Source of the DNA: Octopus vulgaris
Lineage: Eukaryota
Direction of reading: 5' to 3'
Length of the DNA: 64,000 bases
NCBI GenBank assembly: GCA_951406725.2
Contig: OX597832.1
Location: 30,380,001 to 30,444,000, forward strand
Shown: positions 43,261 through 56,800 of the stretch, piece by piece
Layout of the letters: every line of letters starts with the position of its first letter
Position numbering within the stretch: the stretch's first letter is position 1
The notes under the pieces: model-generated
Databases searched by the model: none
What the model was told of the DNA's origin: nothing
Seen by the model: only the letters and a program-made list of their open reading frames with translations
Translations under genes and position numbers: made by a program

Positions 43261-43722
43261 AGGCGGTGAGCTGATAGAATCGATAGCACACTGGATGAAA
43301 TGCTTAGCGGCATTTCGCCCGTCGCTACGTTCTGAGTTCAAATTGTACCGCAGTTGACTTTGCCTTTCATCCTTTCGGGGTCGATAAATTAAGTACCAGC
43401 TGCGTACTGGGGTCGATGGAATATGCTTATCCCCTCTCCGAACTTGCTGGCCTTATGCTAAAATTTGAAATCGACCAAAGTTTAAAATGAAATATTGAAA
43501 ATGATCCAACAGAATTGAATAAGAACTCAACGCTTCTCGAATATCGTTAAATAACAATGAGATTTGGGGGTCTTTAATCCAGTTGAGATCAACTACAAAA
43601 TCACAAATGAGGTGAAAGGCAAAGTCGACCACGGCGGAATTTGAACTCAGAACGTAAAGACAGACGGAATGCCGCTAAGCATTTTTGGCCGGCGCGATAA
43701 TAATTCTGCCAGCCCGCAGGCT
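43261..43722. mobile_element. Two family A SINEs in opposite orientation
   Basis: Plus copy 43261-43470, minus copy ~43610-43722. Confidence 0.8.
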
Positions 43723-44239
43723 TATTTTTACCTGATATTGTTTCGAAATATTCATATCATTGTGTTATAAAATAACAAGGTATTGAGTCCTAGTAATTCT
43801 ACCATACTGTTTTATTTAAGCACACATCAACATACATTAAGTATTGGAGCTAAGGTTAACCAACGATAAACTTCCTTTAACCTTATTTGACATGTGAATC
43901 GTAAACGAATCTACAACAGACATATATTTATAGCTATTTGATTAAATTAGACGAGTCTCTCCACTCTCAGCATTTTATGATGAGCAACATAATTAGAATG
44001 GTGTTGAGATGATGAAGGCAAATCAAACTAGATATGCGAGACACGGTATATTCATGTTGTAGGATTCCTGACAATCCCAAAATCTGAAGAATGATGGAAG
44101 AAAATAACGTGGGCGGTAGATTGGCGTCGAGGCCATACGAATGCACGAGAAACTATTCAGAAGAATCGAGAACACACACACACTCCAGATTTACCTCACA
44201 ATCAATGCAGTAATTCATAGATTGTTGACATTTTATAAT

Positions 44240-44271
<32 letters not shown>

Positions 44272-44438
44272 TATACATGCATATATTCGCGTATGTACAT
44301 GTATCTGTGTAAATGCAGACACATGCAAAGTTATGTGCAGCAGGGTGCATATTTCTGCCGCATGATCTGTTTCTCGATCAGTCATCACATTCTGTCTATC
44401 ATAATAGAAAGATAAAGCTATAGTGTGTGTGTGTGTGT

Positions 44439-44484
<46 letters not shown>

Positions 44485-44563
44485 AGATGTACATTAAAAT
44501 GTAAATATATTTGAGTTATACTGACACAAAATTGTATGCATATTTATATAGTTCTATAGGTAT

Positions 44564-44631
<68 letters not shown>

Positions 44632-44725
44632 ATATATATATACACATCTAGATAGATAGATATACACATGCATGCACATGCACATACATATAGGTGACCA
44701 CACACGAACGCACACAAATAACTAT

Positions 44726-44790
<65 letters not shown>

Positions 44791-44854
44791 CAATCTGTCC
44801 ATAGATAAATAATAAATACATAGGGATATTTTCTTGTACATAAATATGTAAAGA

Positions 44855-45005
44855 GAAAAATATGTAAATCTGTGGAAACACGAGATGATAAATTATTAAC
44901 GTGAATAGTTTGAATGTTTTATGTTGATCGATGATAAAAGAGAAGTTGGTAAGTCTCAGACGATGTACTGACATGAGTAACAATTACATTTGCATACACT
45001 ACCAT
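44855..45005 (+). repeat. 151-bp direct repeat, copy 1
   Basis: Matches 52962-53112 with one C/T difference. Confidence 0.92.
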
Positions 45006-45068
45006 TAGGTGTGTGTGTGTGTTTAATGCATGTGCAGATGTCTGTGTGTGCATGCGAGTGTATATATA

Positions 45069-45226
45069 AGGCGGGGAGCTGGCAGAAACGTTAGCACGCC
45101 GGGCAAAATGCTTAGCGGTATTTCGTCTGCCATTACGTTCTGAGTTCAAATTCCGCCGAGGTCGACTTTGCTTTCATCCTTTCGGGGGTCGATAAATTAA
45201 GTACCAGTTACGCACTGGGGTCAATG
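45069..45226 (+). mobile_element. SINE family A
   Basis: Head and core. Confidence 0.85.
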
Positions 45227-45459
45227 TTTTAATTTAACGGCGGTGCATCAGCATGGCCGCAGCTCTGAGCTGAAACTAAAAAAACTTTTTTAAATAATAA
45301 AAAAATATATATATATATATTTAAACGTTACAACTCGTTTCACGTTTTCGATCGTCGGGAAAATTTCAGCTTCGAAATATAAAGTTATAACCCCTGCTGC
45401 TTCTATTTCATAGAGTTTCTTCTTCTACGTAAACACGATTACCTACGAAAAGATACACA

Positions 45460-45521
<62 letters not shown>

Positions 45522-45884
45522 CACACACACACACATATCTACACATATCTACACATATTTATATATGCTAAAAATATGTCTATATTCTCAGGAACCTCTG
45601 CCTTTAGACTTTAATTAGTATATTTCAATTTGTACAACTAAAATTTACAATCGACGTTAAATTTTCTACTTTATGAAAATTGTCTAATTTAAATGTTAGA
45701 TCACAAGTAACATAATTATACTGTTAATGAGCTTAAAAAATTGTTATAGATACCAACTAATAATCCACGATTCTTGATTCTAATTTGAAATATAATCTAA
45801 AGAGATTTTTTTCTTTCTTTTGGTTTGAAGCTTCCTCTACTTCAGCTTTTCATTCCATTTTCAATACTGCAACAATATTCTGGC

Positions 45885-45967
45885 CATTATTATCATTATT
45901 ATTATTATTATCATTATTATTATTATTATTATTATTATCATTATTATTATTATCATTATTATTATTA

Positions 45968-45998
<31 letters not shown>

Positions 45999-46006
45999 CA
46001 TTATTA

Positions 46007-46064
<58 letters not shown>

Positions 46065-46066
46065 CA

Positions 46067-46097
<31 letters not shown>

Positions 46098-46126
46098 CAT
46101 TATTATTATTATCATTATTATTATTA

Positions 46127-46199
<73 letters not shown>

Positions 46200-46201
46200 C
46201 A

Positions 46202-46274
<73 letters not shown>

Positions 46275-46291
46275 CATTATTATTATTATCA

Positions 46292-46322
<31 letters not shown>

Positions 46323-46375
46323 CATTATTATTATTATTATTATTATCATTATTATTATTATCATTATTATTATTA

Positions 46376-46406
<31 letters not shown>

Positions 46407-46414
46407 CATTATTA

Positions 46415-46460
<46 letters not shown>

Positions 46461-46586
46461 CATTATTATTATTATTATCATTATTATTATTATTATTATC
46501 ATTATTATTATTATTATCATTATCATTATTATTATTATCATTATTATCATTATCATTATTATCATTATTATTATTATCATCATTAT

Positions 46587-46630
<44 letters not shown>

Positions 46631-46646
46631 TTATTATTATCATCAT
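45885..46646. repeat. (ATT/ATC)n trinucleotide array, ~760 bp, with a (ACT)n block
   Basis: Direct reading; source of the poly-Leu/Tyr/Ile ORFs. Confidence 0.97.
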
Positions 46647-46830
46647 TGTCTTTGCACAGCTTCTAACGCTGGAGATGTAACTACAGTGTCAGCTACCAGT
46701 AAACTACGGTAACACCTCTTAATTTTCGAGTACCTTCCGGAGTATTCGTGCGGTTCCAAGCAGTGCTATTTTCTTCAAGTGCTCCACCCTTATCGCAGCC
46801 CCTATTTGTTCCATGTACTTCTCAAGATCT
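46647..46830 (-). mobile_element. 3' end of an R4/Dong-type LINE
   Basis: VEHLKKIALLGTARILRKVLEN* followed by a short 3' UTR running into the (TAA/TGA)n array. Confidence 0.8.
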
Positions 46831-46886
46831 AACTGCAGCCCCTATTTGTCTTATTGCAGCCCCTATTAATATTATTTTTTTTTTTA

Positions 46887-48848
46887 TTGGATCATCCCAT
46901 AAATAATGCGGTTTTTTCAATTGCATGAACTAAAAGTCGGAGAGGGACGAGATAAGCTACCTGCATCAATTTACTATAAAAGCAGGTGGGAATTTTACCT
47001 TGTGCTTATTCTTAGTTTTGAAGAGTGCAGTTCGATTTTAACAGTTATTTTTCCAAAGCTATAATTGAAGTGAAAAAGGAGCATATTCAGCATATTTTAC
47101 TTTATGAGTTCAATAAAGGCAACAATGCAACGGAAAGTGCAAGGAATATCAATGCAGTATTTGGGATCGGACAATAAGTGTCAGCCAGTGTCAGTGGTGG
47201 TTCCAAAGATTCCGAGCCGGAAACTACAGCCTAGAATACGAGCCTCATCCTGGAAGTCCTGAAAGTAGAGCTCGATGAGGATGTCCACCAAAGCCTGGTG
47301 GAACAAAATCCCATCGTAACTGTTGAGGAACTAGCAGAGAAGCTTGGATTGGGTCATTCAACCATTCATCGACACCCGTGTGCCATTGGAAGTCAGCAAA
47401 TTGGGTCAGATGGTTCCTCACAAACTTTCCGAATCAAATCAGAGTGAACGTGTGTTCTTCTTTGCTGTCATGTCTCACGAATGGACCTTTTTTTGGACTG
47501 AACAGTGACTGGTAACGAGAAATGGGTCCTCTATAAAAATGTCAAGCGCCGAAGACAATGGGTAGGGAAAGGAGAAAGACCGGCACCCCAGGCTAAAGAA
47601 GGTGTTCACTCACGTAAGGTGTTGTTATCTCTTTGATGGGATATGAAATGTTTAGTCCACCTTGAACACTTAAACCGAAACCAGACGATAACAAAAGAGA
47701 TTTACTGCGAGCAGCTTGAGCTGCTTAAGTCAGCACTAGAAGAAGAATGACCGTCTTTGGTTTCAAGACAAAAGGTCTTCTTCCATCAGGATAATGCTCG
47801 GCCTCATACAGCGAGTATAACATTCCAAAGGCTGGAGCAGTTTGAATGGGAAACGATGACCCGCCCGTGAAATTTTTCCCCCACAACAGTTCCGGACCCC
47901 AGTAATGAACTCATTTGCATACATCCAATCAGAGCTCACCTTGAAAATCCACATACCGTGTACTACTACAGTACAGCCAGTCAGGCATAGAATGAGGTAT
48001 GCCACTCTGAGTACAGCATAACAAGTTTCGCATAAGTACCACATTCCCACACCACCATCCTCATAGATCAATTGAGCACCATCTCTATATGGAGCTAACA
48101 TTAGGTACCTACGCTCAGACTGAGATTAGTGATACTGTATGTATCCATTGATATATGCAAGGAGGACGCAATACGACACAGCGCCATATTGATTACGATG
48201 TTTCCAGATCAACACCATTTTAAATTACGAATGTACAAAATCAGTCAAAAAAATTAGGAAACTACACTCATTTATATTTTCTAGTAAACTACACAAATTG
48301 ACAACACTTACGACATCATCTGTACGTAGCTCTCCATTCACTTTTAACACTAAATTTCAAATTTGTCACCTCTGTTAACCCGTTTAGAACAGTTAGATTT
48401 TGCTGTAACGTAGATTTTCCACTGAACTCGAAAAGAGTATTTTCGAGACTAGGTGGACACTAGTTTGATAGTTGGGTTCTGATTGACTGTATGCAAATTG
48501 GTTCATAACTGGGGTCCGGAACTCTCGTGTGGAAAAAATTTCGCGCTCCCGCCTGCCATATTCGCCAGACATTGCCCCATCTGATTGTCATTTATTCCGC
48601 AGTCTTCAGAATCGTTTGGACGGGAAAAAAATGAATTCTGTAGACGAGGTCAGAACAGTACTGGATGAGTATTTTTCGTCACGGACAAGTGAATTTTGGA
48701 AGAAGGGCTTTGCAAGTCTACCAGATAGATGGAAGAGCATTGTATAAAATGAAGGAGAGTATATTTTAGATTTTAAAAGAACTTTGTTTATCTTAATTTT
48801 GAAAAATAGAAGTATTAAAAAACCCTCATTATTCATGGGATGACCCAA
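46887..48848 (+). mobile_element. Mariner transposon, full length but inactivated, with a nested insertion
   Basis: TA-flanked TIRs TTGGATCATCCCATAAATAATG / CATTATTCATGGGATGACCCAA. Motifs HILLYEFNKG, WFQRFRAG, VTGNEKWVLYKN, FHQDNARPH, PYSPDIAPSDCHLFRSL. About 1.28 kb once the insert is removed. Confidence 0.92.
47866..48545. mobile_element. Non-autonomous TIR element nested in the mariner transposase
   Basis: Imperfect ~38-bp TIRs CGTGAAATTTTTCC..AGTTCCGGACCCCAGT / ACTGGGGTCCGGAACT..GGAAAAAATTTCGCG; CCCGCC repeated at both flanks. Confidence 0.75.
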
Positions 48849-48899
48849 TACTTGTAATCTGCATGTTTGTTAGTCACTTGCCGAGACACACTCAGCATC

Positions 48900-49340
48900 C
48901 TAGGGCGAGTGAATGATAAGAGATGTTACAGTATGACTATAAGCTGGTGGGGAGTAACAGGGGCAGTAAACGTGTTTACAGGAGTATTCTTCCAGAAAAG
49001 GAGGAAAAATTGCTCTTCGTTGTAGAGCAGACAAAAAGATTTACCTTTGTGATATGGGAAGGACCTAGATAGAATTTTCCATTCCAAACCATATTGTTTA
49101 TTATGTCCCTTTAGCAACCAAATTAATTTACTAAGTCCAGTATTGTTGCGTTTATTGATACGTCTAAATGTAGATGAATGGCTAAATATTCTTTTCGACA
49201 ACTGAGACGAATATAAAAAAAACACATCAGAACCGGAAGTAATTTTACATTGATAAACAGAGTTCCTAGTCTTAGAGGAAACAAATTCGATTCGAATTTA
49301 TATCAGAAATATTAACATTGTTATAATTGTTCAAAAAATG
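48900..49340 (-). mobile_element. Penelope-like GIY-YIG endonuclease fragment
   Basis: VYQCKIT...SKRIFSHSSTF..NNTGLSKLIWLLK..LEWKILSRSFPY..SFCLLYNEE. Confidence 0.8.
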
Positions 49341-49366
49341 GCTAGCTTTAATAATATCACACACCA

Positions 49367-49426
<60 letters not shown>

Positions 49427-49558
49427 TTATATATACACACGTATATATATATATATATATGCATTCAAACATACAAATCTACCTACCTTGTTTCTGAGCC
49501 AAAATCCGACTCTTTCTTCTCCGAGGAAAAAATTCGAAAAATATAACCAGAATATCAT

Positions 49559-49616
<58 letters not shown>

Positions 49617-50109
49617 CTATTTAGAACATACATCGATTAGATTTTCCAAAATTAATTAATAAGACGCCATTTTCAATTTTAATTGTAAATACAATCTAAG
49701 AATATCTTTCAGCTGGTCTCGAACTTCTTTCTCTAGCCATCTGCCTCCTGTTCAGTGCTACAATACTTTCCGCCTAATTTCCAAAATCACATGCCGACTG
49801 TTTTGCTGATATTAATTACTAATTAGAATCACATTAATCACGTCGAAGCTTTAAAGTTCATTTTTATTTTATAAATATAATTGAAATCTACAAGTGAAAT
49901 TTCCAAAACTAGAAACTTAAAAACTTTGCCAATAACCCCCTTAAGGACCTTTAAAGCATAAATCATATATTTTTTAGCAAACCTTCAAAAATGTGTGGTT
50001 CTAATGTCACAGTTTGTAAGACAGCCTTTCTTGAAGCTTCTTGTTCATTCTTATCCAACATTGCATCGAACATAGTCTTGTCAACACAGATGGCAGATAA
50101 CAAAACAAA

Positions 50110-50173
<64 letters not shown>

Positions 50174-50539
50174 TGAATGTTACATTTTCCATTATTTTCG
50201 AGACAAGTTTCGTGTATGTGTGTGTGTATGTAGACTAGTATTTGTATATGTAGGTATAGCATCGATATATATACATATATATGTATGTATCTGTTTGGAA
50301 ACAGGTATGTGCATATATATGTGTGTGTATTTATATGTACACGTGTATATGCCTGTAAGTACACGTTGCTATATATATGTGTGTGTGTGTATGCATATAT
50401 ATGTATATATAGGTGTATATATGTATGTATTCATGTGTGTGTGTATGTATATACATATATATATCAATATATATATATATATGCATTTATATTGATATGT
50501 GCTTCTAGATAGATAGATAGTGTACACATATAAATGTGC

Positions 50540-50602
<63 letters not shown>

Positions 50603-50972
50603 CATAAGTATATAAAAATAATATACCAATATACAGTATTTATATAGTTGTATGCACACACACACACATATACATACATCCATCCTTACATACATGCATT
50701 CATACATACACGCCATGTGGGTATAGAAGAGAATCCAAGCAGACCCGTGGTGGCCTGCGTGGGTAACAATAATATTGCTTGGGGAAAAAACCATAACAGG
50801 AACAAGGGTCGTTGAAATCTGGGAATCTGGGAATCTAGATGTATCATTTCGAGCTCAAATCTCTCTCCCTCTCTCTCTACCTCTCCCTCACTCCCTCTCT
50901 CTGTCCTTTTCTCCATCTCCCCTCTCCCTCATCTCTCTCTCTCTCTCTCTCTGTATGTATATATATATATAT

Positions 50973-51292
50973 GCGCAGGAGTGGCTGTGTGGTAAGTAGC
51001 TTGCTAACCAACCACATGGTTCCGGGTTCAGTCCCACTGCGTGGCACCTTGGGCAAGTGTCTTCTGCTATAGCCCCGGGCCGACCAATGCCTTATGAGTG
51101 GATTTGCTAGCGTTGCTTGACAACCGATGCTGGTGTGTTTACATCCCCGTTACTTAGCGGTTCGGCAAAAAGAGACCGATAGAATAAGTACTGGGCTTAC
51201 AAAGACTAAGTCCCGGGGTCGATTTGCTCGACTAAAGGCGGTGCTCCAGCATGGCCGCAGTCAAATGACTGAAACAAGTAAAAGAGTAAAGA

Positions 51293-51294
<2 letters not shown>
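50973..51294 (+). mobile_element. SINE family B, internally deleted
   Basis: Lacks the central TA/TG block. Confidence 0.88.
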
Positions 51295-51343
<49 letters not shown>

Positions 51344-52961
51344 CACAGAGCTGGATGGATATCACAGCTGTAAATGCTAATCCATGACAAATGGCTACGG
51401 TGCCATCTGAACAGAGATTTCTGCACGAAGACAGAAACTAGAGTTAACTGTTCCGTTTACATATCTGGAAGTAAATATCTGGAATGGTGATGGATCGAAG
51501 TCACAGATCGTCGTAGAGGCAAACTGAAATGGAGAGAGGAAAACGCTGGGTAGAAGAAAACCATTCTCCAGATTGCATGGCAAATTGCATATTTCTGTAG
51601 CCATGCATGACATGGATTCTTACAGCAGAGATTCAGAGGAAGACACAGTCTCTGAAAATTGGATGCTACCGCAACGGCCTAAGCAATTCGTATCTGGATT
51701 GCATCACAAAAGAATGTGTTCGTAAAACTGTTTGGCATCACTTGAAGATCTCAGAACGGTAAAGAAAAGTAAAATGAGATGATTTAGCCATATAAAAAGG
51801 TCCAGTGGTCTTGCAGAAGATGGGGGAGGGCAGATGAAAAGGAGGATGAACAAGGAATGCACAGGCAAATCATTCACGGACACCCGAGCTCTGACACAAA
51901 ACTGCGGCACATGGAGAAAATTGATCCAGGATTCAAAGTAACGGCACCCTTACGACTCCACTTATACATCAGTTTGTTTTCAGTTAAAGTTGTATATAAA
52001 ATCAGTTTAGCATAAAAATAAAGGACCACACCCATACTTGTCAATAGGGTACCATTAATATAACAAGGAAAACGTTGACAGTGACTTCGAAGTTTAGGTT
52101 TACGATATATATGTGTATGTGTGTGCGTGCATATATGTACTTCCCACCATATCTTCACTCATCTATAATATATTCACACCTACCCACCCACGTCCATGCA
52201 CAAATTTTCCCACACTTGCATACCTCCGCACCCCCACTGAAAACCCACCAAACACATACACAACTTCCATTATGCCCACAGATACATTCGTAGACCTGTA
52301 CACACCAGCACCGCCTACTCCTCCCTTCCAAACTACTTTGCCACAAAATCCCATTCCCACCTGGCACATGGACCTTTTACTTTTTTCACACATATGTTTG
52401 ATGTTTGTGTCTGTGTTTGTCCCCCCACCATCGCTTGAGAAATGATATTGGTGTAGTTTGTCACCGTAACTTAGCGGTTCGACAAAAGTGACCGATAGAA
52501 TAAGTACTAGGCTTACAAAGAATAAGTCCCGAGGTCGATTTGTTCAACTAAAAGTGGTGCTCGAGCATGGCCGCAGTCAAATGACTGAAACAAATATAAA
52601 ATTAAAAAAGAATATGTATGAATGTGCGACTGTATGTATTAATGTGAGTATATACATATGCGTTCGTGTATAAGTAAATATGTATATACACACATATATA
52701 CATATGTAAATATATGTATATATGCATATGTAAATATATATATATACACACACATATGTAAATATATATACACACACACACACACACAAATATATACGTA
52801 CATGCATGCATGCACACATACAATATGTCAGCGTGTGTATGTATGAATATGTGCATATATATGTACACACACACACATATGTAATATATATACATGTTTG
52901 TTTGTGTGTGTGTGTGTGTGTATGTGTGTGGATATTAAGATATTTGGCGAATTTTGGGCAG

Positions 52962-53112
52962 GAAAAATATGTAAATCTGTGGAAACACGAGATGATAAAT
53001 TATTAACGTGAATAGTTTGAATGTTTTATGTTGATCGATGATAAAAGAGAAGTTGGTAAGTTTCAGACGATGTACTGACATGAGTAACAATTACATTTGC
53101 ATACACTACCAT
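52962..53112 (+). repeat. 151-bp direct repeat, copy 2
   Basis: Matches 44855-45005. Confidence 0.92.
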
Positions 53113-53239
53113 ACATGCACAATCCCTCACACACACAGACACACACACACACACACACACACACACAAGCAAGCGCGCACGTGTTTGCATATTAGTGCTG
53201 AAGGCAGTACATTCGAAGAATACATGTATATATATGCAT

Positions 53240-54040
53240 GTGTATATATTCTACGGCATCTGTCAGTCTCGAAAGACCATTGGATCTGCGCCTGGAGTAT
53301 TTTAAGTCAGCTGCTGATGGCGCTGTTGTGTCTGCTGTGGCTGTTGAGGCCCACACGAAAAAGACGGTCTTGCGTGCAGTGACTCCATCGGCGCCACTGC
53401 GGTTTCCTTTGTTCGAGCGGGCTTTTCTACACTGTCAAGTTTCAGTTTCTCTTTATCTCGCCTCATCCGCTTGCATAGTACCCGTCTCCAGGGTGGACGA
53501 TCGTTAGCGACCTCTTCGCCTCTCAGCACGTCCAGACCTATCGCATTCATATCCCTCTTGCAGACGTCTTCGAAACGAAAGTGAGCTTGAAGTAGTTCAA
53601 GAATTCAACAACCTCGACTCTACCATCACTGATGACCTTTCCTCGGATCTCGTTATCAGCAGGCGAGTTGGACGAGCATCCTCCATATTTTCCATACTAG
53701 CGAAGAGAGTCTGAGAGAATAGGAAACCGACAACAAACACCACTGCCTTATAAGGCATGCATCCCCAGCACGATACTTTAGGGTAACGAGACATGGAGTC
53801 TCTACTCCAGACGGGAGCAACATCTCAACGTCTTTCACCTTCTTAGACGGAGACGCTTCTTAGGTGTCAAGTGGACCGACCGGGTCACCAACATTGATGT
53901 CCTCAAACACAGCAAGATACCCATCATATTTACCCTATTCCAACAGAGCCGTCTGTGCTGGCTCGGTTACGAGTATCGCATGCCAAAGGCTTCTTGTATG
54001 GGAACTGGCCACCGGCACAAGAGCACGAGGGCGACCTCAT
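53240..54040. mobile_element. RTE-clade LINE 3' part with an internal inversion
   Basis: Plus 53590-54040 reads ..ETWSL..EQHLNVFHL...WELATGTRARGRP. Its continuation RFEDVCKRDMNAIGLD is on minus from ~53580 downward. Confidence 0.75.
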
Positions 54041-54051
54041 ATTCATATATT

Positions 54052-54089
<38 letters not shown>

Positions 54090-55100
54090 GTATGTATGTA
54101 TGTATAAATATATCTATATATGTGTATATATAGAGAGAGAGAACAGATAAGAGAAGTGAGGTGAGAGGATAGATGCTTACTCCATTCGTTTACAGCTGTT
54201 TCATAACACTATTGAAATTACCCAAGCACTCGTACGCATATGATATACTTATAAATAAACATATGTACACCCATATTTACAAGTATACAGAGAAATTAAC
54301 AGATTAATCGTTAAAACTATTCAAGGTAGTTCAAAACATCACCTCTACTACGGAGAGCAAGATGACCCAATATATATATTTGTATTGCACAGACAACAAA
54401 CATACCCAGCAGGTTACTCTGCACTGGCCACAGATCAATGCAAATCCAGAGAAAGAATAAAGTAAAAATGGTAAAATAATGAGACAAATGTAAACGTAAA
54501 TAAAAAAAAACGATAAGTTTATCACAGAAATTGGCTTCTAAAGAAGATGTGCTTATTAAAATAAATCTATTTTCTAAAGAAAGATATGTCGACCAATTGA
54601 AAGATGTGTTGACCAATTTAAACGAATAAAGCATATGGTGCGAAAAGAAAATAAGATAAACAAACAGAATGGGAAGTGCAGAAAGAAAGAAAAGACCAAA
54701 AAAAATAATGTTTAGAAATCAAATAGGTAGACTTGAGTTGTTGGAATTTCACGCAGTGTTTATTTTGAAGGAAAGAAGCGTTATTTCAAGAACGATCGCC
54801 TGGTATCAGCATACACACACACACATATATACATTATGTGGATAATCACAAGCACATACATTCATATATCATTATTATTCACAAGCACGTTCATAAACAT
54901 TTATACATACGCTCGTTCTCACGTACACACAGACATACGTTTGTAGCACAAAGCACCACTAATGCCGAAGTAGTAATTTAAATACGTCAATGATTACTGT
55001 GAATGATCAAAACAGATTATAGCATTATTCACGAGCATCAATACATAAATCTTCATATACTCAGAGAGACAGAGAGAGAGACAGAGACAGAGAGAGAGAC

Positions 55101-55148
<48 letters not shown>

Positions 55149-55651
55149 AGAAAGAGTGAGAGAGAGAGAGAGAGACATAAAGAGAGAGAGAGGGAGAAAG
55201 AGTGAGAGACAGAAAGAGAGAGAGGATATCCGTTCAAATACTTCCAGGAACTAATTCAGACTTTGTCAAGCTACTGTGTTAGCAGTTATACGAGTGAAGC
55301 AGTGTTTAGACATTTCTACTATATTTACTACGATTGCATAAGTTTGTAAATGAAAACAATGAGCTAAAGGTGGTGGTGGTGGGGGGGGGAATAATAGATA
55401 AAATAATCAAATGAATAATAATTAAATATATAAGGTGAAATAACAAAAGGTAAAATAAGGTAAAATAAAGTGCGGGGAAAGATAAATCAAGAAGCAATCC
55501 AGAGAGCCATGTTTAGAGTAAATTAAATTACATACTTGTATTTTAATTAACAGAAGTGATACAGGGAGGATTAACGGTAGGCATAGATGAACATCGTATA
55601 ACAGATTTGTATGAAATATTTATGCCTAATTAATTGATATATTAAAGGTTA

Positions 55652-55808
55652 AGAGTGGCTGTGTGGTAAGTAGCTTGTTTACCAACCACATGGTTCCGGG
55701 TTCAGTCCAACTGCGTGGCACCTTGGGCAAGTGTCTTCTACTATAGCCTCGGGCCGACCAAAGCCTTGTGAGTGGATTTGGTAGACGGAAACTGAAAGAA
55801 GCCCGTCG

Positions 55809-55883
<75 letters not shown>

Positions 55884-56092
55884 TGTGTGTGTTTGTGTGT
55901 CTGTGTTTGTCCCCCTAGCATTGCTTGACAACCGATGCTGGTGTGTTTATGTCCCCGTTACTTAGCGGTTCGGCAAAAGAGACCGATAGAATAAGTACTG
56001 GGCTTACAAAAGAATAAGTCCCGGGGTCGAGTTGCTCGATTAAAGGCGGTGCTCCAGCATGGCCGCAGTTAAATGACTGAAACAAGTAAAAG
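55652..56092 (+). mobile_element. SINE family B
   Basis: Near-consensus copy. Confidence 0.9.
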
Positions 56093-56464
56093 AAAAAAAA
56101 TATCATTATTCCTTATATGAGATAATGGTAAACTGCTGATCAAACCAGCTCAGTTGGATTGATATGAGATAAAGTAAGCGAGGTAAAAATAAGGCAGAAA
56201 TGTAGAAAACCGGAAATAATAAAGACAGAGGTTAGTAATCAGGGAGGATAAACTGATAGGATTTCTAATAATTGTAGCTTTTAGACGGAGCTATTACATT
56301 GATTTTTAGTATTGTGAAGGAAGGACATGCGGTCCATGTGCGGGTAATTTTTTATGACGTCATCTAGTTAAGGTTTGATTAACACTTGATTATTTCATAA
56401 GTTTCCGATACGCACAAATTACAAATTACAAGCATCGTTACTATATAGAGAGGGCAAGATCTTC

Positions 56465-56800
56465 CCAAGGTGTCGATAGTCTACATTGCATAGATGGCAT
56501 CATGCCGGCTGACAAATACTGCGAAATCCTGGAGGAGAACATAATACCAACTCTGAGAAGTCTTGGTCAACATGCCAAGTGTCGGTACTACAGAGACCCA
56601 AGCACTCTGCTCCAGCAACGGCGGCGTTTTGAAACAAAAGCAGGTAAAAGTGTTAGAGTGACACAAAACGCCATCGGATTTAAACCCCGTTAAGCATCTC
56701 TAGAAAGTTCTAAAGCCGGAAGTTGAGGAGCAGCAACTAAAAATTAGCCATCAGCCCAAAAATAGCACCTGAGAAGATTGGATCCAAATCTTAGCAGTTA
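56465..56800 (+). mobile_element. Tc1-like transposase fragment
   Basis: IDGIMPADKYCEILEENIIPTL, followed by DPKH-like and DLNP.KHL remnants. Confidence 0.65.

Noticed and set aside
45785-46712. Long poly-Leu/Tyr/Ile ORFs
   Set aside because: Translations of the (ATT/ATC)n array.
44855-53112. LTR retrotransposon bounded by the 151-bp repeats
   Set aside because: No TG..CA termini, PBS/PPT, TSD or gag-pol remnants; kept only as an unexplained duplication.
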